Shown in pieces: positions 35,259-44,446 of a stretch of DNA of 64,000 nt. How positions within the stretch are numbered: the first letter of the stretch is position 1; each line of letters starts with the position of its first letter. Made by a program: the position numbers and the translations under genes. The stretch is from the IMG/VR virus record IMGVR_UViG_3300020176_000008, positions 32,608-96,607 of that record, one strand, 5' to 3'. Source of the stretch: a virus. Below the pieces are notes generated by a model, which saw nothing but the letters and a program-made list of their open reading frames with translations, had not been told where the DNA came from and ran no database searches.

Positions 35259-36400
35259 TTGATCCACGAATTAAACTAATTGTTGCCGACGAAGGTGTTA
35301 GACAACAGGATACAATCGAACTTATTGCCAGCGAAAACTTCACTAGCGATGCAGTAATGGAACTATGCGGTAGTATTCTTACCAATAAGTACGCCGAAGG
35401 TCTTCCTGGAAAACGTTATTACAATGGATGCGAAGAAGTTGATAAGGTTGAAGAACTTGCGATTGAATACGCTACTGAGTTGTTTGGTTGTAAATACGCA
35501 AACGTCCAACCTCATTCTGGTGCCAATGCTAACCTAGCAGTGTTCAAAGCATTCTTGAGTCCAGGCGATGTTATCCTTGGTATGGACTTGGCAAGTGGTG
35601 GACATTTATCACATGGTGCTGGTGTCAACGTTAGCGGCAGATGGTTTACGTCTTATAGCTATGGTGTTGATAGTAACGGGCGTCTTGATTACCAAGACAT
35701 TGCTGATAAAGCAAATTTGTATCAACCCAAAATGATTATTGCTGGTGCCAGTGCATACAGTCAAGTCATTGATTGGGAAGCATTCCGTGCAATTGCTGAT
35801 TCAGTTGGTGCTATTCTACTTGCAGACGTCAGTCACTACTCAGGATTGGTTGCCGGTGGCGAATACCCAAGTCCATTCCCATATGCAGATGTAGTGACTA
35901 CAACAACACATAAGACATTGCGAGGTCCTCGTGGTGGTATGATTATGTGGGATGAAGAAGACTTTAGCAAGAAGATCAACGGCGCAGTATTTCCTGGAAC
36001 TCAAGGTGGTCCATTGATGCATATTATTGCTGCCAAAGCACAATGTTTCTATGAAGCACTCCAGCCTGAGTTTAAGCTATATGCTAAACGTATACGTATC
36101 AATGCACATGCAATGGCACAAACATTTATGGATGCCGGTGTTGATGTTGTATCAGGTGGAACACAATGCCACATGATGACAATCAACTTGAACAAAGAGA
36201 AATATAGTGGTCGTCAGTTTGCTGACTTATTGGAAGCAAACGGTATTACCGCAAATAAGAATGGTGTACCTGGTGATACTCGCGGCTTTGTTGAAACCAG
36301 TGGTGTACGTATTGGAGTTGCTGCAGAGACAACTCGTGGACATGACGAAGCATGGTTCAAAGCACTGGCCGAACGAATGATTAAACTTCTGAGGGATTAA
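35255..36400 (+). CDS. glyA: Serine hydroxymethyltransferase
   Basis: LIASENF, YAEGLPGKRYY, NVQPHSGA, GGHLSHG, TTTTHKTLRGPRGG. Confidence 0.97.
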   Translation: MIDPRIKLIVADEGVRQQDTIELIASENFTSDAVMELCGSILTNKYAEGLPGKRYYNGCEEVDKVEELAIEYATELFGCKYANVQPHSGANANLAVFKAFLSPGDVILGMDLASGGHLSHGAGVNVSGRWFTSYSYGVDSNGRLDYQDIADKANLYQPKMIIAGASAYSQVIDWEAFRAIADSVGAILLADVSHYSGLVAGGEYPSPFPYADVVTTTTHKTLRGPRGGMIMWDEEDFSKKINGAVFPGTQGGPLMHIIAAKAQCFYEALQPEFKLYAKRIRINAHAMAQTFMDAGVDVVSGGTQCHMMTINLNKEKYSGRQFADLLEANGITANKNGVPGDTRGFVETSGVRIGVAAETTRGHDEAWFKALAERMIKLLRD

Positions 36401-36406
36401 TACAGT

Positions 36407-36483
36407 ACACCTATAGCTCAGTTGGTTAGAGCAGTGGACTCATAATCCATTGGTCCTAGGTTCAAGTCCTAGTGGGTGTACCA
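36407..36483 (+). tRNA. tRNA with CAU anticodon (Ile2-like or Met)
   Basis: ACACCTA/TGGGTGT, GTGGA-CTCATAA-TCCAT, GTTCAAGT, CCA; layout resembles lysidine-type tRNA-Ile2. Confidence 0.88.
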
Positions 36484-36496
36484 ATAATATTAAAGC

Positions 36497-36706
36497 ATGG
36501 ATGCAAAATACGTAAATATATTTGTTCAATGGGAACATGGATTTGAATACACAACAAAAATGATGTTCCCATCTAATCAACGTATAAATAGTTGGGCAAA
36601 ACACTTACATGGCATTAGTCAGATTAAAGATTTTGAAATTACAGATGATAAGAATAAACTAATTTTAAATAAAAAAAGTTATGTTGTTCCAACTAAAATA
36701 TATTAA
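36497..36706 (+). CDS. Hypothetical protein
   Basis: ORF fills gap. Confidence 0.5.
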   Translation: MDAKYVNIFVQWEHGFEYTTKMMFPSNQRINSWAKHLHGISQIKDFEITDDKNKLILNKKSYVVPTKIY

Positions 36707-36720
36707 AGGATGAATATACG

Positions 36721-37473
36721 ATGTTTTGGTTTAAACGCAAAAAAGTAGTAGTAGATTGGTATACTACAGATAAGGCTGTGTACACATTCCACCAGATTAG
36801 AAAGTTTGGCAAAGATGATTATCCTGGTTGGTGGAAACGTCTTCCAGCAACTTTGACGCAACCTATATCTGGAACTTCACTTGTTTCAAAAACTTCATCC
36901 ATCAAAAAGTGCGAAGGCATCAATACGATGTTTGCAAATACTTGGATTTTTCCATTTTGGGCAGATGTCGCAATCGCAACAAATGAAACAGGACTAGAGG
37001 TTTCAGATGGTCAGGGCAATACTCATGGTGTTTCGCATCCGGAATTGCAGTATGATATTATCGATAAACCTTATTTTGGATCTAAAAAACATCATAAATT
37101 TACATCACCGTGGTTAGCTTCTTCTAAAAGTAAAACATATTTTACAATGCTACCAGCAACGTATCATACAATGAATATTTGGAACAAGATGACTATTCTT
37201 CCAGGTACATTGAATTTCTACTATCAGAATGCAACAAATATTAACGTATTCGTTGAGAATGACATTCCGCAATTTAATATTATTGCTGGAACGCCGATGT
37301 ATTATATAATTCCTCAGACGGAAGACGAAGTCGAAATGCGGTGTCATCTAGTAGACAGCCTAGAATATTCTAGGATAACGACCATGATGAATACATTTGG
37401 TGGCACATATAATAGGTCTAAAAAAGCAAAAATTGCAATGGAATCTAAAAGCAAGTGCCCATTTCATTTTTGA
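36721..37473 (+). CDS. Hypothetical protein, possible dUTPase-like beta fold (DUF6065-like)
   Basis: WWKRLP...IKKCEG...KFTSPW...PG.LNF...AGTPM. Confidence 0.5.
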   Translation: MFWFKRKKVVVDWYTTDKAVYTFHQIRKFGKDDYPGWWKRLPATLTQPISGTSLVSKTSSIKKCEGINTMFANTWIFPFWADVAIATNETGLEVSDGQGNTHGVSHPELQYDIIDKPYFGSKKHHKFTSPWLASSKSKTYFTMLPATYHTMNIWNKMTILPGTLNFYYQNATNINVFVENDIPQFNIIAGTPMYYIIPQTEDEVEMRCHLVDSLEYSRITTMMNTFGGTYNRSKKAKIAMESKSKCPFHF

Positions 37474-37507
37474 TATATAATAAGTCTATATTTTAAAGGA
37501 GAATACT

Positions 37508-37690
37508 ATGTCAGATGGTGGAAAAGGTTCAGCACCTCGACCATTCAGTGTAAGTAATCAGGAATATGCTGAACGATGGGACGCAATATTTGGTCGCGAT
37601 GGTAACGAAACTAAAAAGAACGGACAACCGTTGCCTCAAACATTAAAGGATAACGTTGAGGATTATCTGGAATCCCAGAAAAAACAATAA
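37508..37690 (+). CDS. Conserved small protein
   Basis: AAGGAG RBS; MSDGGKGSAPRP...WDAIFG. Confidence 0.6.
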   Translation: MSDGGKGSAPRPFSVSNQEYAERWDAIFGRDGNETKKNGQPLPQTLKDNVEDYLESQKKQ

Positions 37691-37715
37691 AAGGAACCTT
37701 AAGGTTCCTTTTTTT
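37691..37715. terminator. Bidirectional-type terminator
   Basis: AAAGGAACC-TTAA-GGTTCCTTT-TTT. Confidence 0.85.
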
Positions 37716-37722
37716 ATAAATA
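37715..37722 (+). promoter_or_regulatory. T4-type late promoter
   Basis: TATAAATA abutting the terminator, same layout as 6394. Confidence 0.8.
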
Positions 37723-37761
37723 AGATGAACCCTATATTTTATTTGCATTAAAGGAAACATA

Positions 37762-38295
37762 ATGTACAAGAAGCTAGCAATTGCTGTTAGCTTTATTATT
37801 TCTACATCCATCACGATTGCTCAACCAATCGTCACTGATTCGACTTCAAGCAGCACAGTAAATTCGACATCAAAGGCCGAGACTACCGTCAAGTCTCCGC
37901 CACCAAGTGCAATATCACCATCAATAAATGCTAGTAACACTGACCTATGTACGGTCGGTGTATCAGGCGCAGTACAGACTCAGATACTAGGTATCTCGGG
38001 TGCCACTACTGTGCGTGATATGAATTGCGAACGATTAAAGTTATCCAAGACCCTTTACGATATGGGTATGAAGGTTGCTGCCATTTCTACATTATGCCAA
38101 GACCCAAGAGTCTTTGATGCAATGTTGATGGCAGGAACGCCATGTCCGTACGAAGGTAAGATTGGTCCTGAAGCTAAAGAAGCCTGGAAGCAAGCAGGCA
38201 AGACTAGTAGCGTAGAACCAGTTGTTGAGGATAAGAATGAAAATACTGCGTATATTGGCTGGGGTATTGTTACTCTCCTGCTTATCGGTCTCTAA
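37762..38295 (+). CDS. Exported/membrane protein with four Cys
   Basis: Signal peptide; PPPSAISP, DLC...NCERLKLSK.LYDMGMKVAA...CQD...GTPCP; C-terminal TM. Confidence 0.7.
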   Translation: MYKKLAIAVSFIISTSITIAQPIVTDSTSSSTVNSTSKAETTVKSPPPSAISPSINASNTDLCTVGVSGAVQTQILGISGATTVRDMNCERLKLSKTLYDMGMKVAAISTLCQDPRVFDAMLMAGTPCPYEGKIGPEAKEAWKQAGKTSSVEPVVEDKNENTAYIGWGIVTLLLIGL

Positions 38296-40315
38296 AGCAG
38301 ATACCAGCCAAAACCTCATAGATCAACAAGCTTGGGAAGGTATCACTTATGGTGCCGATCCAGGCGGCTGTTGTGCGTCTATCTCTGGCAGTGGTCCTCT
38401 ATTTGATACTACGACCAATACGATTATGTTTTCGTATGGCAATGCATTGGTGTCACAGACTATTGCTATTAATCAAGCATTGAAAGCAACTGGTATTCAA
38501 GTTGATGGATACCAATACCACTGGCATTATAAGTTGATGCCAAACAATGGTGGTGGAACTGACACATTGACATTTGAAGTATCTGTAAAAGATTCTGCAG
38601 GTCAAGTGGTCGAAACTTACACATACGATTACTCAGGTCCAGCCGATGGGTTGGATGTACATCAAGATGGTGTGCAACTGTTCAATCAATCGTATACGGA
38701 TCCTCAAAGTATTGCATTGAAAATACGTGGTAAGGATGGTGGATTTTGGGGTGGTTACTATGGGCCTGAAATTACGTATACTGATTTACGATTGATTTAC
38801 TCTGTAGATCCATGCGCCGGCAACCCATTATTTGATCCAAGTTGTGCTGGTTATGCAGAAGCATTTGCCAAACAATTGTATGACCAAAATTGTGCTGCAA
38901 ATCCATTGTATGACTCTGGATGTCCTGGATATACAACAGCGTATTTCAATCAGCAATGTAGTTTCAGTCCTTTATACAATCAAGCATGTCCTGGTTATAC
39001 TGAGGCGTATTACGATCAACAATGTTCGGCAAACCCATTATACGATTCGCAGTGCCCTGGATATGCTCAGGCATATGAAGACCAACAGTGTTCGATTAAC
39101 CCCCTTTTTTCAACCAACTGCTCGGGATATCAAGAAGCTTACCACGCCCAACAATGTGGTTTAAATGCGCTATACGCTTCTGATTGTCCTGGTTATGCTG
39201 AGGCATATTACGATCAACAATGTAAAAGTAATCCACTGTATGATACCGGATGTCCAGGATATGCACCAGCATTCTATAGTCAACAATGTTCCATAACTGC
39301 ATTGTATGATACAGGATGCCCAGGATATGCTGCTGCATATTATGATCAACAATGTTCGTTGAACCCTCTTTACGATAGCGGTTGTACTGGATATGACACT
39401 GCGTACTTTAATCAACAGTGTTCGTTGAACTCATTGTATGATGCCAATTGCCCAGATTATGCTACTGCATACTACAATCAACAATGTACAGCAGATCCGT
39501 TGTATGACTCAGGATGCCCAGGATACTCAACAGCGTATTTCAATCAGCAATGTTCGCTGAATCCACTATACGATGCAACATGCCCAGGATATGCTACCGC
39601 ATACTATAATCAACAATGTACTATAACCGCACTGTATGATACCGGATGTCCAGGATATCAAGAGGCATATGCAACCAAGATGTTATTAGAACGACAACAG
39701 GAGGAAACTTCCAATCCTGTAGTAGAAACTGAAACAGCATCTATTGTTTATGTCGATCCAGTTGCATCATTGACCACAATTAGTTCAACGGGTGATGCCG
39801 TCGTTGATAGTGTAATATCGGCACCAGTAACAATAATAATGGAGGTAGCAGTTAATGAACCAATACAGGACACCAGTAGTACTGTGGACGAGCCATTGGA
39901 AGAAGCTGGGGGAGGAGACAGTGGTGGATCGGAAGGGGAATCAGAAAGTGGTGGAGACTCTAGTTCTAATGGGGACTCCAAATCTGAATCATCCTCTAAA
40001 TCAAAATCTACTAGAGAAAAAGTAAAAGAAGCTATGACTGAGAAAGCTCAGAACTTAGCTAACGAGATGAGCGGTGCTGCGTCACTTCAAGCGCAACAAG
40101 CTATACAGGCACAGTTAACTGCGATTATGAACTATAATCCTGGATTTGCAGCATACGGACAGTTCCGTATTCCTGGTGTAGATTTTTATGCATCAGAGGA
40201 AATATACGTCAACGCCATTGTTCCAGAAACCAAAAGGGGTTTACGGAATGGTTTGGCCCAACAAATTCTTCATAATAAAATGGTAGAATCACAATATAAC
40301 AATAATAAGGAGTGA
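38237..40315 (+). CDS. Large exported protein with Cys-rich tandem repeats
   Basis: Signal peptide, beta-rich domain, 13 CxxNPLYDxxCPGY repeats, Ser/Gly/Glu linker, helical C-terminus. Confidence 0.8.
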   Translation: MKILRILAGVLLLSCLSVSKADTSQNLIDQQAWEGITYGADPGGCCASISGSGPLFDTTTNTIMFSYGNALVSQTIAINQALKATGIQVDGYQYHWHYKLMPNNGGGTDTLTFEVSVKDSAGQVVETYTYDYSGPADGLDVHQDGVQLFNQSYTDPQSIALKIRGKDGGFWGGYYGPEITYTDLRLIYSVDPCAGNPLFDPSCAGYAEAFAKQLYDQNCAANPLYDSGCPGYTTAYFNQQCSFSPLYNQACPGYTEAYYDQQCSANPLYDSQCPGYAQAYEDQQCSINPLFSTNCSGYQEAYHAQQCGLNALYASDCPGYAEAYYDQQCKSNPLYDTGCPGYAPAFYSQQCSITALYDTGCPGYAAAYYDQQCSLNPLYDSGCTGYDTAYFNQQCSLNSLYDANCPDYATAYYNQQCTADPLYDSGCPGYSTAYFNQQCSLNPLYDATCPGYATAYYNQQCTITALYDTGCPGYQEAYATKMLLERQQEETSNPVVETETASIVYVDPVASLTTISSTGDAVVDSVISAPVTIIMEVAVNEPIQDTSSTVDEPLEEAGGGDSGGSEGESESGGDSSSNGDSKSESSSKSKSTREKVKEAMTEKAQNLANEMSGAASLQAQQAIQAQLTAIMNYNPGFAAYGQFRIPGVDFYASEEIYVNAIVPETKRGLRNGLAQQILHNKMVESQYNNNKE
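38813..39670 (+). repeat. Coding tandem repeat, 66-nt (22-aa) unit, 13 copies
   Basis: Counted from translation: C-x2-NPLYD-x2-CPGY-x2-AYYxQQ. Confidence 0.9.
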
Positions 40316-40321
40316 TAACAT

Positions 40322-40756
40322 ATGTATGAATATAGAGCAAAGATTAATAGGGTCGTTGATGGGGATACCGTTGACGTCGATATTGAATTGGGTTTCGATA
40401 TTGTATTAACAGGCCAAAGAGTTAGAATTATGGGTATTGATACTCCTGAGTCTAGAACTAGTGACGCAGTCGAAAAGGTATTCGGTCTTGCCGCCAAGAA
40501 TCGTTTGAAGGAGTTACTAGGTGAAACCGGCATTCTCAGAACGCAAGTTGAAAAAGACGGTGACGATGCCAAAGGAAAGTTTGGTCGTATTCTCGGTGAC
40601 TTCGTTGCGCCTGATGGTCGTATGGTTACTGAGATTATGATCGAAGAAGGACATTGCGTTCCGTACTTCGGTGGATCCAAAGAAGAAGTACAAGCACAAC
40701 ACGCAGTCAATAGACAAAGATTGATAGCTGAGGGCATAGTTACTTTACCAAAGTAA
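40322..40756 (+). CDS. Thermonuclease (SNase-like)
   Basis: RVVDGDTVD, VRIMGIDTPESR, GKFGRILG. Confidence 0.88.
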   Translation: MYEYRAKINRVVDGDTVDVDIELGFDIVLTGQRVRIMGIDTPESRTSDAVEKVFGLAAKNRLKELLGETGILRTQVEKDGDDAKGKFGRILGDFVAPDGRMVTEIMIEEGHCVPYFGGSKEEVQAQHAVNRQRLIAEGIVTLPK

Positions 40757-40766
40757 AGGAATAATC

Positions 40767-41210
40767 ATGCTTGCTGAACTTGCCGCCGCCAATGCTGCCT
40801 TTGATGTCATTAAGCAAACACTAGTTAATGGAAGAGAGATCTACGAAGCTGGTGAAGCTATGGCTCAGTATTTTGGTTTAAAAACTGAGATACAAAAGAA
40901 GGCTCATCAACATGGCTATAAGAGTGACATTGCTGCTTTTATGGCTTCAGAGCAGTTAGCTGCACAAGAAGAAGAGTTAAAACAAATGATGATTTACCAG
41001 GGTCGACCAGGTATGTGGGATGATTGGTTGAAGTTCCAAGCTGAAATAAAACGTAGCAAGGAACAAGAAGAGAAGGAACAACGAACAGCAAAAGCTAAAC
41101 GTAGACGAATGATTTTTAACATATTCAATTGGACAGCATTAGGTGTCTTGTTGACAATGTTAGCAATCAGTGCAGTGTATATGACACTGGCAATTTTAAA
41201 ATATAATTAA
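40767..41210 (+). CDS. Membrane-anchored coiled-coil protein
   Basis: AAGGA RBS; C-terminal TM helix. Confidence 0.65.
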   Translation: MLAELAAANAAFDVIKQTLVNGREIYEAGEAMAQYFGLKTEIQKKAHQHGYKSDIAAFMASEQLAAQEEELKQMMIYQGRPGMWDDWLKFQAEIKRSKEQEEKEQRTAKAKRRRMIFNIFNWTALGVLLTMLAISAVYMTLAILKYN

Positions 41211-41220
41211 GGAGACTTAA

Positions 41221-41562
41221 ATGGCTGAACAAAAAGAACTTACAATAGAAGCCGGAAGCGGATTAGAAGGTGCAGACACCAATGGTGACGGCCATATTAG
41301 TAAAGAAGAATTAAATATGCACCTAGAATTCAAGCGCAGAGAACTAGAAGATGCGGATGCTCAAAGAGATGCGATGCGCAAGATGACATGGTTTGCATTG
41401 TTTGGTATGTTACTGTACCCAACAACAATCATGTTTACTTCATGGTTGGGTTTGGACAAAGCCGCTGGCATTATTGGTGATATTGCACCAACATATTTTG
41501 TTGCCATTTCTGCTTTGGTTGCTGCCTTCTTTGGTGCTAATGCTTACGCTAACAAGAAGTAA
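41221..41562 (+). CDS. EF-hand plus two-TM protein (holin-like candidate)
   Basis: DTNGDGHISKEE canonical 12-residue loop; two hydrophobic segments. Confidence 0.6.
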   Translation: MAEQKELTIEAGSGLEGADTNGDGHISKEELNMHLEFKRRELEDADAQRDAMRKMTWFALFGMLLYPTTIMFTSWLGLDKAAGIIGDIAPTYFVAISALVAAFFGANAYANKK

Positions 41563-41571
41563 GGAAGCAAA

Positions 41572-42075
41572 ATGTCAGACGAAAAAACAGAAATCGAATT
41601 TGGTGGAATGAAATTCTCCGGCGGTAAGATGTTTGCGCTCCTAACTGCACTATCTACTTTAGGTGGTGCAGCTTGGGGTGGTTTTGAAATATACAAAGAC
41701 TATATGGATATGAAAGAGATTATCCAGAATATCGACACAACTGAAATTGAAAATCGCAATAAGATAATCGAGCAGAAGTTGGATGATGCTATTGAGTATA
41801 CACGTGATATTAAATCTGGTTTAAGAGATGATATCTTGGGTATTGAAAAGCAAGGTGATAGAGTTGAAGATATGGTCCGTGCCTCGGAAGAGAAAGTGCG
41901 TGAACAGATCCAGATTGCAGAAGGTCGTTTTGAAAATAAACGTGACCAATTGCAAAATGATTATGATCAAAAGGCAAATGCATTGAGAGATGCAACTGAC
42001 CAGAAGATTAAAGATGTTGAGGATAGATTGAATAAGAAACTACAACGTGCATTAGATAATCCATTAGCTAATTAA
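41572..42075 (+). CDS. Membrane-anchored coiled-coil protein
   Basis: N-terminal TM (LLTALSTLGGAAWGGF), long heptads. Confidence 0.65.
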   Translation: MSDEKTEIEFGGMKFSGGKMFALLTALSTLGGAAWGGFEIYKDYMDMKEIIQNIDTTEIENRNKIIEQKLDDAIEYTRDIKSGLRDDILGIEKQGDRVEDMVRASEEKVREQIQIAEGRFENKRDQLQNDYDQKANALRDATDQKIKDVEDRLNKKLQRALDNPLAN

Positions 42076-42084
42076 GGAACCGAT

Positions 42085-42465
42085 ATGAAATACATCATAG
42101 CCATATTTGCAGTAATGACATTAACCGGATGTGCAACTATTAGTGATATCGTCCCAAGTTTCTGGGATGATAATCAATCGAAGGTAGCAATCGATATTAA
42201 ATATAATATTAGTATAATCGATTGTACATCAGACAATATTAATACTAAGCAAATATTGAGAGATGTCAATTGGTTTATTTCATATTCGGAATCTAAACAA
42301 ACTAAAGACGTAATTAAAATCATCAATCCGTTAAAAGAAACATTAGTCACTTTCGACAAGAAAGTAGAAACTAATAAGATGACAAATACATATTGCGAAT
42401 TAAAAAAGAAGATACTAATTACGCAATCTAATAGATTTGCCGAATCAGTATTAGGGAGATATTAA
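42085..42465 (+). CDS. Lipoprotein
   Basis: Lipobox LTG-C; two further Cys. Confidence 0.7.
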   Translation: MKYIIAIFAVMTLTGCATISDIVPSFWDDNQSKVAIDIKYNISIIDCTSDNINTKQILRDVNWFISYSESKQTKDVIKIINPLKETLVTFDKKVETNKMTNTYCELKKKILITQSNRFAESVLGRY

Positions 42466-42696
42466 ATGGAAGAAATTCAAAACTTAATTAATTCAGATGA
42501 TGAATGGTTAATTAATAAAGGTTTATTATTAAAGCAGATCGTCGATTCATATGCATCCGGACTTCTCACTGTTGAGGAATACGTAGAGCTTCTGCAGGAC
42601 ATCGAGCACTCTGATGATATGAATGAGGAAGCTACTAGCTTAGAAAATAAAACCTTGGTATTAAATATTGCATCAGCTCTGAGCTCTGTGATGTAA
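42466..42696 (+). CDS. Small acidic protein
   Basis: Start directly follows upstream stop. Confidence 0.55.
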   Translation: MEEIQNLINSDDEWLINKGLLLKQIVDSYASGLLTVEEYVELLQDIEHSDDMNEEATSLENKTLVLNIASALSSVM

Positions 42697-42698
42697 AA

Positions 42699-42822
42699 AA
42701 CTAATACTTTAGTACTAATTTTGGGGACTTCGGTCCCCATTTTTGTTTCTGTGGTAGAATACCTATCTGAGTTGATGAAGATCCGATGTGGTGCATTTTT
42801 AACTAATACTTTAGTACTAATT
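42699..42822. repeat. Exact 22-bp direct repeat containing the palindromic element
   Basis: AACTAATACTTTAGTACTAATT at 42699-42720 and 42801-42822. Confidence 0.9.
42722..42744 (+). terminator. Rho-independent terminator
   Basis: TGGGGAC-TTCG-GTCCCCA-TTTTT. Confidence 0.92.
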
Positions 42823-42863
42823 GACATAATAGACACACAACCGGGTATACTATTAAAAAAGTG

Positions 42864-42892
42864 TGTACAGTATTTGCGAAAATGCGTATAAT
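42864..42892 (+). promoter_or_regulatory. Early-type promoter
   Basis: TGTACA, 17 nt, TATAAT. Confidence 0.8.
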
Positions 42893-42898
42893 ACACCT

Positions 42899-43810
42899 AT
42901 GAACACACAAAATACCATCACCTTCGACAAGTCCTCAGGCAAATACGTTTGTAGCATTGAGGGCCAAACTTTCTCAACCAAGAATGCTTACCGTGTAGAG
43001 TACATGCATAAGCAGATCACAGGCGTCAAGAAGTCCATCAACGAGCTGATGAACGTCAAGTCTGAGCCTAAGTCTGAAAAGTTTGGCATCAACAAGCGTT
43101 TTGACTTCGTGGAAAAGCTTGTAAAAATGGTTGCGACTGGGGTTCAACCTTCCGCAGTCATTACAGGTCAGGGCGGTTTGGGTAAAACCTACACTGTTCT
43201 GAAAACCCTCAAGGACTCAGGTCTAAACGACGTTACCTGTTTGGATGAATTCGAGATTGGTATGTCAGTTGCCCGTTCACGTAGTTTTGCGATCGTAAAA
43301 GGCTACTCTACTCCTAAAGGTCTGTACCGTACTTTGTTCGAAAATAACGGTTCAGTGATCGTGTTTGATGACTGTGATTCAGTATTAAAGGACCCAGTTG
43401 CCCTGAACCTTCTCAAAGGTGCCTTAGACTCATACGATCGTCGTTTTATCAGCTGGAATGCCGATATGCGTGATGATGACTTGCCAAAGTCTTTTGAGTT
43501 CACCGGCCGTATCGTGTTTATCTCTAACATGGGACAAGAAAAGATCGATCAGGCTATCCGCTCACGTTCAATGATGATCGATTTGAGCATGACTGATGAT
43601 CAAAAAGTAGAGCGTATGGAAGCCATTGCGTCATCAGATGAATTTATGCCTGAGTACGATACAAAAGCCAAGAGTGATGCGATTCAGTTTATTAAGAAAA
43701 TCCAATCTGATGTTAAAGAGTTATCTTTGCGCAGTTTGATCAGTGTTACTAAGATTGCTTCAACCAATGAGAATTGGGAAGAACTTGCCGAATACATGCT
43801 GTGTAACTAA
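42899..43810 (+). CDS. AAA+ ATPase
   Basis: Walker A GQGGLGKT, Walker B VFDDCD, FISN sensor, IRSRS Arg finger. Confidence 0.85.
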   Translation: MNTQNTITFDKSSGKYVCSIEGQTFSTKNAYRVEYMHKQITGVKKSINELMNVKSEPKSEKFGINKRFDFVEKLVKMVATGVQPSAVITGQGGLGKTYTVLKTLKDSGLNDVTCLDEFEIGMSVARSRSFAIVKGYSTPKGLYRTLFENNGSVIVFDDCDSVLKDPVALNLLKGALDSYDRRFISWNADMRDDDLPKSFEFTGRIVFISNMGQEKIDQAIRSRSMMIDLSMTDDQKVERMEAIASSDEFMPEYDTKAKSDAIQFIKKIQSDVKELSLRSLISVTKIASTNENWEELAEYMLCN

Positions 43811-43825
43811 TAATTTGGTACCATA

Positions 43826-43854
43826 TGTACAAATATGGTAGATTAGTGTATAAT
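43826..43854 (+). promoter_or_regulatory. Early-type promoter
   Basis: TGTACA, 17 nt, TATAAT. Confidence 0.75.
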
Positions 43855-43993
43855 GGTCTTGAGGAGCAAGTTATGAGATATATTCTAATATTGAAAAACA
43901 ATTCCGTGATGGTATTTAAGATTAAGGCCTGCGCAGAGCTCTATTCCACCGTGTATGGTGGTAAAATAACAGAAACTGAAATTGGAGTATGAT

Positions 43994-44185
43994 ATGAAAT
44001 ACAAAGATACAACTTTCACCGACGCCTCAGGCGTTAAGGTTACAATGTGCGAATACCGAGCTCCTAAAAAAGCTCAAAAGACATTTGACGTCGATAAGTC
44101 TAAATACACAGCATGGACTCAAGGCGTTTCAAATTATACTCGTGGTACAAATGGAGTACTTGGAACTATGGAGAATGTAAAATGA
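43994..44185 (+). CDS. Hypothetical early protein
   Basis: GGAG RBS, coupled ORF chain. Confidence 0.55.
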   Translation: MKYKDTTFTDASGVKVTMCEYRAPKKAQKTFDVDKSKYTAWTQGVSNYTRGTNGVLGTMENVK

Positions 44186-44325
44186 AATGCTGCAATAATG
44201 ATTGTAATCAGGGACGAGATTGCCCAAATAGAACAGAAATGAATATTTCATATATTGATTGGAATGCAATTGCATATACCATCATTATTATTGCATTAAT
44301 TGCTATTCCATTTATAACTAAGTAG
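44182..44325 (+). CDS. Small Cys-rich membrane protein
   Basis: MKCCNNDCNQGRDCP then TM helix. Confidence 0.55.
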   Translation: MKCCNNDCNQGRDCPNRTEMNISYIDWNAIAYTIIIIALIAIPFITK

Positions 44326-44446
44326 AGGTAAATATGAGTAATGAAAAAATTCAATTTCTAGCAGATGTAGCTGATTTGATTATCGAATTGACTGTATCAC
44401 TTGTAGTTATTGTTGCCGGAGTTAAATATATTTTCTGGGGATAAAA

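Noticed and set aside
38813-39670. CRISPR array or DGR template
   Set aside because: In-frame degenerate coding repeat with no unique spacers; no cas or reverse transcriptase gene in the window
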